From the IMG/VR virus record IMGVR_UViG_3300046777_002520, positions 96,001 through 160,000 of that record: a stretch of 64,000 bases of DNA. The stretch is one strand, 5' to 3'. The notes beneath the pieces are model-generated. The model saw nothing but the letters and a program-made list of their open reading frames with translations, was not told the origin of the DNA and made no database searches. This DNA comes from a virus. Position 1 is the stretch's first letter. Each line of letters starts with the position of its first letter. A program made the position numbers and the translations under genes. Of this stretch, positions 9,221 through 18,653 are shown one piece after another.

Positions 9221-10075
9221 ATGAACGAAGCTCAAAGTAATGCACTCAAGTATACTCTGACTGCTGGGCTGCTGAGCGCTTTGGGCGGTGGCGGTCTGGC
9301 CTATCTGGCCAACAAGGTCCAGAAGACAGACCCCGAGACTCTGGAAGACCTCAACACCACTTCTCCTGATCTTGTCGAGATTCCCTATCCGATAGTTAAA
9401 AAGAAAAAGCCCCAAGGGGCTCTGCCAGCCCCCAAGCTCGCCTCGCTCAAGGGCTTTCTGGGCGGTGAGAACGCCGAGTCGTGGCATGAGGTGCCCTGGG
9501 CTCCTGTCGCCTTGGTTGGTGGCACGGCCCTGGGTGGTCTGGGCGCTTACAAGCTTATCGACAACATGATGAAGAAGAAGCGCAAGGAAGGCATGAAGGA
9601 CCAGCTCGCTGCTGCCGAAGAAGAGTACAAGAAAACTCTGCTCAACAGCTACGACCCCAGCCGACTGAAGCTGATCAAGTCCTCCAAAGCCCAGGAGATC
9701 AACGAGGGGCTGGAGAAGCTAGCTTCCCTGCTGAAGATCAGCGAGGAGGAGAACCTGGCTGACAAACTGGTCGCAGGCAAGGCTCCTCCCCCGTCAGCTG
9801 CCGAGAAGGCTTACGCTGCTGGCAGCTCGGCTGCTAAGACGCTGGGCCACAACCTAGGCGTTCCCGACACGAAAAACATGCCAAGCTGGACAGGCATTCC
9901 TGTTGGCTTGGCTGCGCTGGCTGGCGTCACCATTCCCCTCGCCTCAGGCTACGCGGCTTACAAGTACTTCAAGAAGCGCAACAAGTCCAACCTGGTGAAC
10001 GAAGCCGCCAAGGCCCGTGCCCTGGAGCGACTGGGTGAGAATGTGCCAGCGCCTTACGCTGCCATCGAGGACTAA
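9221..10075 (+). CDS. Glycine-zipper / membrane-like protein with K-x-A motifs
   Basis: Three Gly/Ala hydrophobic helices, each followed by basic clusters; KLAS occurs twice. Confidence 0.8.
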   Translation: MNEAQSNALKYTLTAGLLSALGGGGLAYLANKVQKTDPETLEDLNTTSPDLVEIPYPIVKKKKPQGALPAPKLASLKGFLGGENAESWHEVPWAPVALVGGTALGGLGAYKLIDNMMKKKRKEGMKDQLAAAEEEYKKTLLNSYDPSRLKLIKSSKAQEINEGLEKLASLLKISEEENLADKLVAGKAPPPSAAEKAYAAGSSAAKTLGHNLGVPDTKNMPSWTGIPVGLAALAGVTIPLASGYAAYKYFKKRNKSNLVNEAAKARALERLGENVPAPYAAIED

Positions 10076-10090
10076 GATCGGGGTTTAGCG

Positions 10091-13000
10091 ATGCCCTCCG
10101 TACTAGACAACGACCTTCCCGAGCAGCCGATCCTCCCGTCAGGACCGGCTGCAACGCCATTGGTACCACCTCCAGCAGGTGTGATGGCTCCTGTGCTGCC
10201 CAAGCCCCAGCCAGAGCCCATGCGCGGCTTTGCCGACATCGACAAGACGCGTCAGGCGATCTATGACGGTGTGCTGGAAGCTGCCAGAGGACTGCCTGAG
10301 TTCTCCAACAACAAGTACAAGCTGCGGCTCGCTGACGTCAACTATGTGGACAGCGACAAGCCCACCATCGCTGAGCGCAAGAAGGCCATTCTGCGCTCGG
10401 AGACATTGGACAGACGACTGCAGGGCACCTGGCAGCTGACCGACCACGAGGGCAACCTGGTCGATGAGCGCAAGGTAACGATGGCGCGCATTCCCAAGCT
10501 GACCAACGGCGGCACGTTTGTGCTGAACGGCGTCGAGTACACGCTCGCCAACCAGGCCCGTCTGCGCCCAGGTGTCTTCACGCGCCAGAAGCAGAACGGC
10601 GAGATCGAGAGCCATGTCAACGTGATGCCTGGCAGAGGCGTCTCCCACCGCTACACGCTGGACCCAGAGAAGGGCACCTTCAAGCTGACCCTTGGTCAAG
10701 CTAACCTGCCCCTCTTTCCTATCCTCAAGGCGCTTGGAGCCACAGACTCCCAGATTCGCGGCGTCTGGGGCAACGAGCTGTACGAGCAGAACGCCAAGCA
10801 GAATGACCCTCAGGCCGTGGACAAGCTGGCCCAGAGGCTGCTGAAGAAGTCCGACATGACGCTGGAGTCTGAAGGCAGGCTCAACAGGCTTCGGGAAGTC
10901 TTCAACAAGATGGAGCTGGACGACACCGTCACGTCCAGAACATTGGGTAAGCCCTATAAGAATCTCTCCGTGGACGCGATTCTCGACTCCACGCGCAAGA
11001 TTCTGGCCGTGCAGCGCAGGGAAGCCGAAGCCGACGACCGTGACGCCATGGCGTATCAGATGGTGTACGGCCCTGAGGACTTCTTCGCTGAGAAGATGCG
11101 CTCAGCCTACAAGGTGATGAATCCGCTGCTGTGGAAGTCCACCTTTAAGAACAACCTCAGCCCTCTTGCCTCCAACTTTCTGGGCAAGCACCTGAACTCG
11201 GCCATTCTGAACTCAGGTTTGGGCCAGCCCTCTGAGGAAGTGAACAACGCTGAGATTCTTGGCCAGCTGACACGCATGAGCCGACTGGGTGAAGGTGGCA
11301 TTCCCTCGCTGGACGCTGTGCCAGACGAGGCTCGCTCCGTGCAGCCGTCCCACTTCGGCTACGTGGACCCGCTGCTGACACCAGAGTCCCTGAAGGTGGG
11401 TGTGGACAGCCGTTTAGCGATGGCGAGCCAGAAGGGCAAGGACGGCAAGATCTACACGAAGTTTCTTAACGTTAAGACTGGAGAGCCTGAGTGGCGCACG
11501 CCTCAGGACGTGGCCGACTCGGTCATCGCGTTTCCCAAGGAGATGGACAATCCCAACGCCAAGACCGTAGCCGCCCTGGTGTCGGGCAAGATCAAGTATG
11601 TGCCCAGGGAGTCCGTGGAGCTGACGCTGCCCCACATGGAGGACTCGTTCAATCCTCTGGTCAACATGATTCCGCTGAAGTCCACCATCAAGGGCCAGCG
11701 CGTGATGATGGGCGCGAGAATGCTGACGCAGGCTCTGCCCCTCAGGGACGCTGAGGCTCCTCTGGTGCAGTCAGGAGTTCCAGGCGACGCGGACGAGTCG
11801 TTTGAGGAGCGCTACGGCAAGTACATGGGCGCGATTCGCTCCGATGTGGAAGGACAGGTCGTCAAGGTGACAGCTGACGAGATTCACGTCAAAGGCCCAG
11901 ACGGCAGAATCCAGACGCACGAGCTGCACAACAACCTGCCCTACAACCGCAAGACCTACCTGCACAACAGCCCCGTGGTGAAGGTGGGCGACATGGTCGG
12001 CAAGGACAGCCTGCTCGCCAAGTCCAACTTCACCAACGACAAGGGGGCTACGGCGCTGGGCCTGAACCTGCGCACGGCCTATATCCCCTACAAGGGCTAC
12101 AACTTTGAAGACGCCACGGTCATCTCCGAGTCAGCAGCCAAGAGGCTGTCCTCGGAGCATATGTACCAGCATGACGTGGAGTTTGACGACAAGACGAAGG
12201 TGAACAAGAAGCACTTCATCTCCATGTATCCGTCCACGTTTGACAGGCAGACGCTGGACAACATCGACGATGATGGCGTCATCAAGCCTGGCACGGTGGT
12301 GAACTCTGGCACTCCGCTCATTCTGCAGGTGCAGGAGAAGGAGCGCGCCCACAACCAGATCACGCGTGGCAGGTCGCCCCTGCACTCGGACTCCTCGGTC
12401 CTCTGGGAGCACCATGACCCAGGCGTCGTCACGGACGTCGAGAAGACCAAGAAGGGCGTCGTGGTGACGGTTAAGAGCTACGCCCAGATGCAGGTGGGTG
12501 ACAAGCTGTCAGGCCGCTACGGCGACAAGGGCGTCATCGCTGACATCGTGCCAGACGACAAGATGCCCAAGGACAGCGAGGGCAGGCCCTTTGAGGTCCT
12601 GGTGAACCCTCTGGGCATCATCACCAGAACCAACCCTGGCCAGATGGTCGAGGCCGTGCTGGGCAAAATTGCCGAGAAGACTGGCAAGCGCTACGCCGTC
12701 AAGGACTTCGACAAGATTCAGGACATGACCGAGTTCGCCAAGGAGGAGCTGCGCAAGCACGGCCTCAGCGACACCGAGGACATCGAGGACCCTGAGATCA
12801 ACCAGAAGATCAAGGGCGTCTTCACGGGCAACCGCTTCTTCATGAAGCTGCACCACATGGCCGAGAGCAAGGGCTCTGGCCGTGGTCTGGGTTCCTACAC
12901 GGCAGAGGAGTCTCCTGCCCGTGGTGGTCCGATGGGCAGCAAGAGAGTCTCGCTGGCTGACAACAACGCGCTGCTGTCCCACGGTGCACTGGAGGTGCTG

Positions 13001-14551
13001 ACGGACGCTGGAGCCATTCGTGGCCAGAAGAACCAGGACTACTGGGCAGCGTTCATGTCGGGCAGAACGCCTCCGCAGCCCCGTGTTCCCCTCGTCTACA
13101 ACAAGTTCTTCGAGCAGCTGCGCTCCGCTGGCATCAATCCCGTGCGCAACGGGCCGCGTGTGCAGATCATGGCGCTGACTGGCAAGGACATCGACAACCT
13201 GGCCGAGGGCAGGGAGATTCAGTCGGCCGAGACGGTGGACTGGAAGGAAGGCCTCAAGCCCATCAAGGGCGGTCTCTTTGACGAGACTCTCACAGGGGGA
13301 CACAACGGCAATCGCTGGAGCTACATCAAGCTGCACGAGCCGATGCCCAGCCCCATCATGGAAGAGCCGATTCGCAGAGTGCTCGGCCTGACGCAGCAGA
13401 AGTTCATGGACGTGCTGGGAGGCAAGGAGAAGCTGGGCGAGGAGACAGGCCCAGAGGCCATCGGCAACGCCCTGAAGCGCATCAACCTGCCAGAGGCCGT
13501 CAAGAGAGCCGAAACCGAGTGGCGCAACAGCAAGCGCTCCACCAAGGACGCGGCCCTGAAGCGCTGGGCGCTGCTGAAGCACACCGAGAAGCTCGGCCTG
13601 CATCCCAGCGAATGGATGCTGGACAAGATTCCCGTGCTGCCTCCAGCGTTTCGTCCCGTCTCCGTCATGGGGGCGAGCGGTAAGCCGTTGGTGTCAGATC
13701 CCAACTATCTCTACAAGGAAGCCTTTGACGCCAACCAGGCGCTGAAGGAGACCGCCAGCTTCTCGAAGGAGCTGGCCGACGAGCGCACAGCCCTCTACAA
13801 GGCGTTCAAGGGCGTCACAGGGCTGGGTGATCCCGTCACGCCCAAGAACCAGGAGAGCAACGTCAAGGGTGTGCTGAAGTACATCTTTGGCGACAATCCC
13901 AAGTTCTCCGTCATGCAGCGCAAGCTGCTTTCCACCACGGTGGACGTGGTCGGCAGAGGCGTCATCTCGCCCAATCCTAATCTCGACATGGACCAGGTCG
14001 GACTGCCTGAGACCAAGGCCTGGGAGATCTACAGGCCGTTCGTCATTCGCAGGCTGGCTCGCAGGGGCATACCAGCCCTAAGAGCTGCCGAGATGGTCGA
14101 GAAGAAGGAGAAGATCGCCAAGGACGCGCTGCAGCAGGAGCTGGACGAGCGTCCTGTCATCATCACGCGCGCTCCCGTGCTGCATCGCTACGGTGTCATG
14201 GCGTTCAAGCCGCAGCTGGTCAAGGCTGAGACGCTGCAGATTCCTCCAGCCATCGTCAAGGGCTTCGGCGCAGACTTCGACGGCGACACGATGAACTACC
14301 ACGTGCCTGTCTCCGAAGGGGCCGTCAAGGACGCTCTGGAGAAGATGCTGCCCAGCAAGAACCTGCTCAGCACCAAGACCTTTCGAGCGCATCAGCTGCC
14401 CCAGAACGAATACCAAGGCGGTCTATACCACGCTACAGCGTTCGTGTCTAATAAACCTGAAAGGTATTTCGCTACAAAAGCTGATGCCATAAAGGCTTAC
14501 AGAAGTGGTGAGATAGGCCCAGACCAGAAGGTGGTCATACTGAACCAGTAA
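10091..14551 (+). CDS. rpoB/rpoC: Multisubunit RNA polymerase: beta fused to the N-terminal half of beta'
   Basis: Beta motifs GGTFVLNG, RLGEGG...HFGYVDP..TPE, GYNFED, GDKLSGRYGDKG, MKLHHM. In frame these continue into beta' motifs GGLFD, PVLPPAFRP, RAPVLHR and the catalytic ADFDGD (14267-14287). Confidence 0.95.
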   Translation: MPSVLDNDLPEQPILPSGPAATPLVPPPAGVMAPVLPKPQPEPMRGFADIDKTRQAIYDGVLEAARGLPEFSNNKYKLRLADVNYVDSDKPTIAERKKAILRSETLDRRLQGTWQLTDHEGNLVDERKVTMARIPKLTNGGTFVLNGVEYTLANQARLRPGVFTRQKQNGEIESHVNVMPGRGVSHRYTLDPEKGTFKLTLGQANLPLFPILKALGATDSQIRGVWGNELYEQNAKQNDPQAVDKLAQRLLKKSDMTLESEGRLNRLREVFNKMELDDTVTSRTLGKPYKNLSVDAILDSTRKILAVQRREAEADDRDAMAYQMVYGPEDFFAEKMRSAYKVMNPLLWKSTFKNNLSPLASNFLGKHLNSAILNSGLGQPSEEVNNAEILGQLTRMSRLGEGGIPSLDAVPDEARSVQPSHFGYVDPLLTPESLKVGVDSRLAMASQKGKDGKIYTKFLNVKTGEPEWRTPQDVADSVIAFPKEMDNPNAKTVAALVSGKIKYVPRESVELTLPHMEDSFNPLVNMIPLKSTIKGQRVMMGARMLTQALPLRDAEAPLVQSGVPGDADESFEERYGKYMGAIRSDVEGQVVKVTADEIHVKGPDGRIQTHELHNNLPYNRKTYLHNSPVVKVGDMVGKDSLLAKSNFTNDKGATALGLNLRTAYIPYKGYNFEDATVISESAAKRLSSEHMYQHDVEFDDKTKVNKKHFISMYPSTFDRQTLDNIDDDGVIKPGTVVNSGTPLILQVQEKERAHNQITRGRSPLHSDSSVLWEHHDPGVVTDVEKTKKGVVVTVKSYAQMQVGDKLSGRYGDKGVIADIVPDDKMPKDSEGRPFEVLVNPLGIITRTNPGQMVEAVLGKIAEKTGKRYAVKDFDKIQDMTEFAKEELRKHGLSDTEDIEDPEINQKIKGVFTGNRFFMKLHHMAESKGSGRGLGSYTAEESPARGGPMGSKRVSLADNNALLSHGALEVLTDAGAIRGQKNQDYWAAFMSGRTPPQPRVPLVYNKFFEQLRSAGINPVRNGPRVQIMALTGKDIDNLAEGREIQSAETVDWKEGLKPIKGGLFDETLTGGHNGNRWSYIKLHEPMPSPIMEEPIRRVLGLTQQKFMDVLGGKEKLGEETGPEAIGNALKRINLPEAVKRAETEWRNSKRSTKDAALKRWALLKHTEKLGLHPSEWMLDKIPVLPPAFRPVSVMGASGKPLVSDPNYLYKEAFDANQALKETASFSKELADERTALYKAFKGVTGLGDPVTPKNQESNVKGVLKYIFGDNPKFSVMQRKLLSTTVDVVGRGVISPNPNLDMDQVGLPETKAWEIYRPFVIRRLARRGIPALRAAEMVEKKEKIAKDALQQELDERPVIITRAPVLHRYGVMAFKPQLVKAETLQIPPAIVKGFGADFDGDTMNYHVPVSEGAVKDALEKMLPSKNLLSTKTFRAHQLPQNEYQGGLYHATAFVSNKPERYFATKADAIKAYRSGEIGPDQKVVILNQ

Positions 14552-14571
14552 AAATGCTGAACAAGCGTAGG

Positions 14572-14590
14572 TTATGCGGACTTCGCATAA
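14572..14590. promoter_or_regulatory. Intergenic hairpin
   Basis: TTATGCG-gactt-CGCATAA just after the RNAP stop. Confidence 0.4.
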
Positions 14591-14611
14591 ATACTGTGAG
14601 GTTTACCTGCT

Positions 14612-15706
14612 ATGTCCGATGAAGCTATCAAGCAGGCGAATAGAATGGCGCTGCTCAACGCCCTGCGTGGTGGGGCTACGGCTGCAGCCAGCAACGCTGC
14701 CAAAGCCTCGGTTCGTCCCCAGGTCACCTCAGCGCTGACTCAGGCGATGGCCAACACGGGCAAGTCGCTGTCCGAGCGCTCTGGTCTGTCCCAGTTTGCC
14801 CGTAATGAGGTTGTGCGTCCGTTCAGGCTGGGCGCAGGTCAGGCTGCTGCAGGAGACCGCTATCTGCAGGGTCTGGGCACAGCCACGCCAGCCCTCAGGC
14901 AGCAGGCAGCAGCCAAACTGCTCAATCTCACCGACAGGTCGGCGCGACTGGGTGGGGACACGCTGGCCACGGCTGGCAACTTCCTGGGCAAGAGCCTGCC
15001 CGAGGTCAACAAGGGTGTCGGCCAGTTTGTCCGCACGCTGCCCAACCTGCTGAATAACCCCATAAACCGCCTGCCTGGCTTCAACAAGCTGACCGATCTG
15101 CTGCAGTCCCTCAAGGGCAGACTGCCCAAGGCCATACGCTGGGCGCTGCCTGGCACTACGACTGGAGCGCTGTCAGCAGGCGTGCTGGGTCATTCGCTGG
15201 CCAGCACAGGCAAGCAGGTCGGTGAGATCTACAACGATTCAGTGCAGCCCATGATCGACAAGGCCAAGCTGCTCACCGAGGCTCCAGACGCCAGCAGCAA
15301 GATGCAGCAGGTCTATGACGCCTCAGGCAGGGCGCTCAAAGGCGTCACCACGGCCCTGACAGGCCCTGCTGTCACCAACTTCGTGGAAGGCGTGGCCAAT
15401 CTGCCTGCTGTCAACGCAGCCAAGCAGAAAGCCACCAGAGTGGCTGGCAACATTGGCACCAATGCTCTGACAGGACTGGCCAACGACTTGTCCTACAACG
15501 TTGGCACAGGCCTGTTCAGAAACACGCCCATCAAACTGATGGCCAACGCCTCTCCAGCCATGGCTGCTGCCCACAGCGCGTTCAACTACTTCAATCCTGG
15601 CGCTCAGAGACTCAGCACCGAAGAGCTGAAGAAGCGCTTAGCCTCCAGAACACTCGGTTCGATCAAAGATGAGTTTACTGGTATGCTACCGTGGTCGAGT
15701 AGGTGA
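14612..15706 (+). CDS. Ala/Gly-rich helical protein, putative internal virion protein
   Basis: 364 aa; N-terminal EAIKQA motif. Confidence 0.75.
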   Translation: MSDEAIKQANRMALLNALRGGATAAASNAAKASVRPQVTSALTQAMANTGKSLSERSGLSQFARNEVVRPFRLGAGQAAAGDRYLQGLGTATPALRQQAAAKLLNLTDRSARLGGDTLATAGNFLGKSLPEVNKGVGQFVRTLPNLLNNPINRLPGFNKLTDLLQSLKGRLPKAIRWALPGTTTGALSAGVLGHSLASTGKQVGEIYNDSVQPMIDKAKLLTEAPDASSKMQQVYDASGRALKGVTTALTGPAVTNFVEGVANLPAVNAAKQKATRVAGNIGTNALTGLANDLSYNVGTGLFRNTPIKLMANASPAMAAAHSAFNYFNPGAQRLSTEELKKRLASRTLGSIKDEFTGMLPWSSR

Positions 15707-15738
15707 TAAACTGATAGTTACCCACAAGGAGTACTGAT

Positions 15739-16518
15739 ATGCCTCTGAATCCCATTCTCATTCAGCAAGTCAAGCAAGCGATGGCGGCTAAGCGCGCCTT
15801 TGTGCCTCCTGGTGGTGGCGCTCCTCCTGGGGGCGACCCTGCGGCGATGGGTGCGGCTGGAGGCGCTCCCCCCATGGACCCTTCGATGATGGGTGCAGCA
15901 GGTGGGGCACCTCCTATGGACCCAGCCATGATGGCTGCAATGGGCGGTGGCGGTGCTCCTCCTATGGACCCGAGCATGATGGGCGGTGCGCCTCCCATGG
16001 ACCCTGCGATGATGGGTGGGGCACCTCCTATGGACCCAGCCATGATGGGCGGCGCTCCTCCGATGGACCCAGCAGCCATGGGTGCAGCCCCTCCTGCGCC
16101 TCCTGCTCCTAGCGCGGCTCCCTCCGAGGAGATCAAGGCGCTGATTCAGGCCGAGATTCAGAAGGCCATGTCGGGTGGCGGCAGCTCAGGTGGCGAGGCC
16201 AAGCCCAAGAGCAAGGGCGCTGGCAAGGTCGATCCCAGCCAGATGATCGAGTACATGGAGCGCCAGCAGAAGCTGCTGATCAACCTGTACGAGAGCCTGG
16301 GTCTCAACCTGCCCTACGACATTCTCGACAAGCCCAAGCCCGAAGGTGGCGATGAGGCCAAGCAGGAGGAAGCTCCCAAGGAGCAGCAGAGCGACACCAA
16401 CGTCTCTGGCATTCCTCCCATCAAGCCGATTGACCCCATTGGTGGCAAGCAGGCCAGCATTCGAGAGAAGGCCGCAGCAGCCCGTTACCTGCTGGCTGCG
16501 CTGAACAAGAAAGGCTGA
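15739..16518 (+). CDS. Pro/Met/Gly repeat protein
   Basis: AAGGAG SD; AAKRAF leader; about six GGAPPMDPxMM units. Confidence 0.8.
   Translation: MPLNPILIQQVKQAMAAKRAFVPPGGGAPPGGDPAAMGAAGGAPPMDPSMMGAAGGAPPMDPAMMAAMGGGGAPPMDPSMMGGAPPMDPAMMGGAPPMDPAMMGGAPPMDPAAMGAAPPAPPAPSAAPSEEIKALIQAEIQKAMSGGGSSGGEAKPKSKGAGKVDPSQMIEYMERQQKLLINLYESLGLNLPYDILDKPKPEGGDEAKQEEAPKEQQSDTNVSGIPPIKPIDPIGGKQASIREKAAAARYLLAALNKKG
15855..16085 (+). repeat. Degenerate 33-bp coding tandem repeat (GGAPPMDPAMM)
   Basis: Units such as GGTGGGGCACCTCCTATGGACCCAGCCATGATG occur twice identically, plus four variants. Confidence 0.85.
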
Positions 16519-16521
16519 TCC

Positions 16522-16743
16522 GTGAAACTGGAGTTCGGTCAGGGCGTTCACGGCAACATGTCCGTGAGCGCCACACGCCTTGTCGTCAGGGACAACTTCA
16601 ACCAGCCGATCATGCTGGTTGTCGAGCATGACCCCCAGACGATCATGGTTTACAAGGCCAAGCCTGGAGACGACTCCCTCAAGGAGATGCTCAGCAGGAT
16701 TGGCGTAGAGCACAACCATGAGGTTCGAGAGATTCGAATATAG
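16522..16743 (+). CDS. Hypothetical protein (73 aa)
   Basis: GTG start; exactly fills the gap before the beta'-C gene. Confidence 0.7.
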   Translation: MKLEFGQGVHGNMSVSATRLVVRDNFNQPIMLVVEHDPQTIMVYKAKPGDDSLKEMLSRIGVEHNHEVREIRI

Positions 16744-16745
16744 CC

Positions 16746-18653
16746 ATGCCAACGCGCACGACCATAGGCCAGCTACTCGTCAACGAAGCTCTTCCTGAGG
16801 AGTACAGGGACTATGACCGTGTGATGGACAGCAAGACTGTCCAGAAGATCATGCAGTCCGTGGCTGACAAGAACCCTGACCAGTACAGGGATGTCCTGAA
16901 AAGGCTCTTTGACGCTGGCAGGGATGTCGCCTACAGGACGGGTGGCTTCTCGTTCGGCCTGGACTCCCTCAGGACAGCCGTAGCCTCCAAGCGCATTCGC
17001 TACGAGCTGGAGAACAAGATCAACCAGATCCAGTCCACTCCAGGTCTTGACGATAAGACTCGCAACGAGGCCATCGTCAACACGGTGCTTCAGTACCAGA
17101 AGCCCCTGGAAGACGACATCATGGCCGAGTCCAAGGCCGAGCAGAACCCTCTGGCGCTGCAGGTGCTGTCAGGCTCCAGAGGCAAGCCCTCCAACCTGAA
17201 GTCGCTGCGTGGCGGCGACCTGCTGTACACCGACCACAGGGATCGGGCCATTCCCATTCCCGTGCTGAACTCCTTCAGCTCTGGGCTGACGCCTGCCGAG
17301 TACTTCGCTGGCAGCTTCGGTGCCCGTAAGGGTGTCGTCGATACCAAGTTCTCGGTGCAGCACTCTGGCTTCTTCTCCAAGCAGCTCAACCAGCTGGGCC
17401 ACAGGCTGATCGTCACGGCCAAGGACTCCGACGACGAGGAGTTTGTCCGCGACAGGGGTATGCCTGTCGCGGTGGACGATCCCGACAACGAGGGCTCGCT
17501 GCTGGCCATTTCGGTGGCAGGCTATCCGCGCAACACGGCCCTGACGCCCAAGGTTTTGAAGGACCTGCAAGCAAAAGGTATCAAGAAGATAGCCGTGCGT
17601 AGTCCCGTGGCGTCTGGCTCTCCAGACGGAGGCCTGTATGCGCGAGATGTTGGAATTCGTGAGCGTGGGGGCTTACCTGGTGTTGGGGACTTTGTGGGCA
17701 TTGCAGCGGTGCAGGCACTCAGCGAACCAATCTCACAGGGAACCCTGAGCTCCAAGCACAGTGGTGGCGTGGCTGGCGGCAAGTCGATCTCGGGCTTCAA
17801 GGTGCTGAACCAGCTGATTCAGTCTCCAAAGCAGTCGCCCTACTGGGCCTCACACGCCCAGATGGACGGCAAGATCTCGGCCATACAGCCTGCCCCCACG
17901 GGTGGCAGCTTCGTCTACATCAAGGACATGCCCCACTACGTCAACCCAGAAGCCGCCATCAAGTACAAGGTGGGCGATGAGGTGGAAGCTGGGGACATTC
18001 TGTCCGACGGCGTGCCCAATCCTGCCGAGTTCGTCAAGCACAAGGGTCTTGGCGAAGGCAGACGGCAGTTCGTCAACGCCTTCAGGTCGTCGATGCAGGA
18101 AGCAGGCCTGGGAGCGCACCGTAGAAACATCGAGATGCTGTCACGTGGTGTCATCAACCATGTGCGCCTCAACGATGCCGTGGGCGACTATATGCCTGAT
18201 GACATCATTCCTTACGACATGTTTGAGAGAAACTGGCAGCCTAGAGCTGGCAATAAGCAGGTAGCTATCAATGCTGCCAAGGGTAAGTATCTAGAAAAGC
18301 CTATTTTGCACTACACGGTTGGTACAAGGTTAACTCCTAGCGTTATGAAGGAGCTTAACGACTTCAATATTAAAGACGTTACAGTACACGACGAACCTCC
18401 ACCGTTTGAGCCTCACTTCTTGCGTGGATTAGACAATTTACAGTATGATCCAGATTGGATGACTCGTATGTTGGGTTCCAATCTGCAGAAGTCAACGCTT
18501 AAGGCTGTCTGGTCTGGAGCCACGTCTGACGAGTCTGGTACTTCATTTGTGCCTTCTCTGGCCAAGTCTGTCGGCTTCGGGCAGGGCGGCAAGATCAAGA
18601 GCTACGACCCCAAGGAAGTAGCCAAGCCATCCAGCGACGGCGGTGTTCTATGA
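16746..18653 (+). CDS. rpoC: RNA polymerase beta' C-terminal subunit
   Basis: TTIGQ, SGSRG, bridge helix GLTPAEYFAGSFGARKGVVDT, trigger loop ALSEPISQGTLSSKHSGG, and GDILSDG. Confidence 0.93.
   Translation: MPTRTTIGQLLVNEALPEEYRDYDRVMDSKTVQKIMQSVADKNPDQYRDVLKRLFDAGRDVAYRTGGFSFGLDSLRTAVASKRIRYELENKINQIQSTPGLDDKTRNEAIVNTVLQYQKPLEDDIMAESKAEQNPLALQVLSGSRGKPSNLKSLRGGDLLYTDHRDRAIPIPVLNSFSSGLTPAEYFAGSFGARKGVVDTKFSVQHSGFFSKQLNQLGHRLIVTAKDSDDEEFVRDRGMPVAVDDPDNEGSLLAISVAGYPRNTALTPKVLKDLQAKGIKKIAVRSPVASGSPDGGLYARDVGIRERGGLPGVGDFVGIAAVQALSEPISQGTLSSKHSGGVAGGKSISGFKVLNQLIQSPKQSPYWASHAQMDGKISAIQPAPTGGSFVYIKDMPHYVNPEAAIKYKVGDEVEAGDILSDGVPNPAEFVKHKGLGEGRRQFVNAFRSSMQEAGLGAHRRNIEMLSRGVINHVRLNDAVGDYMPDDIIPYDMFERNWQPRAGNKQVAINAAKGKYLEKPILHYTVGTRLTPSVMKELNDFNIKDVTVHDEPPPFEPHFLRGLDNLQYDPDWMTRMLGSNLQKSTLKAVWSGATSDESGTSFVPSLAKSVGFGQGGKIKSYDPKEVAKPSSDGGVL

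Noticed and set aside
10091-18653. Host chromosomal rpoBC or cyanobacterial rpoC1/rpoC2
   Set aside because: The sequence is highly divergent, lacks Zn sites, has no flanking ribosomal operon, is split at a different point, and is embedded among virion genes.
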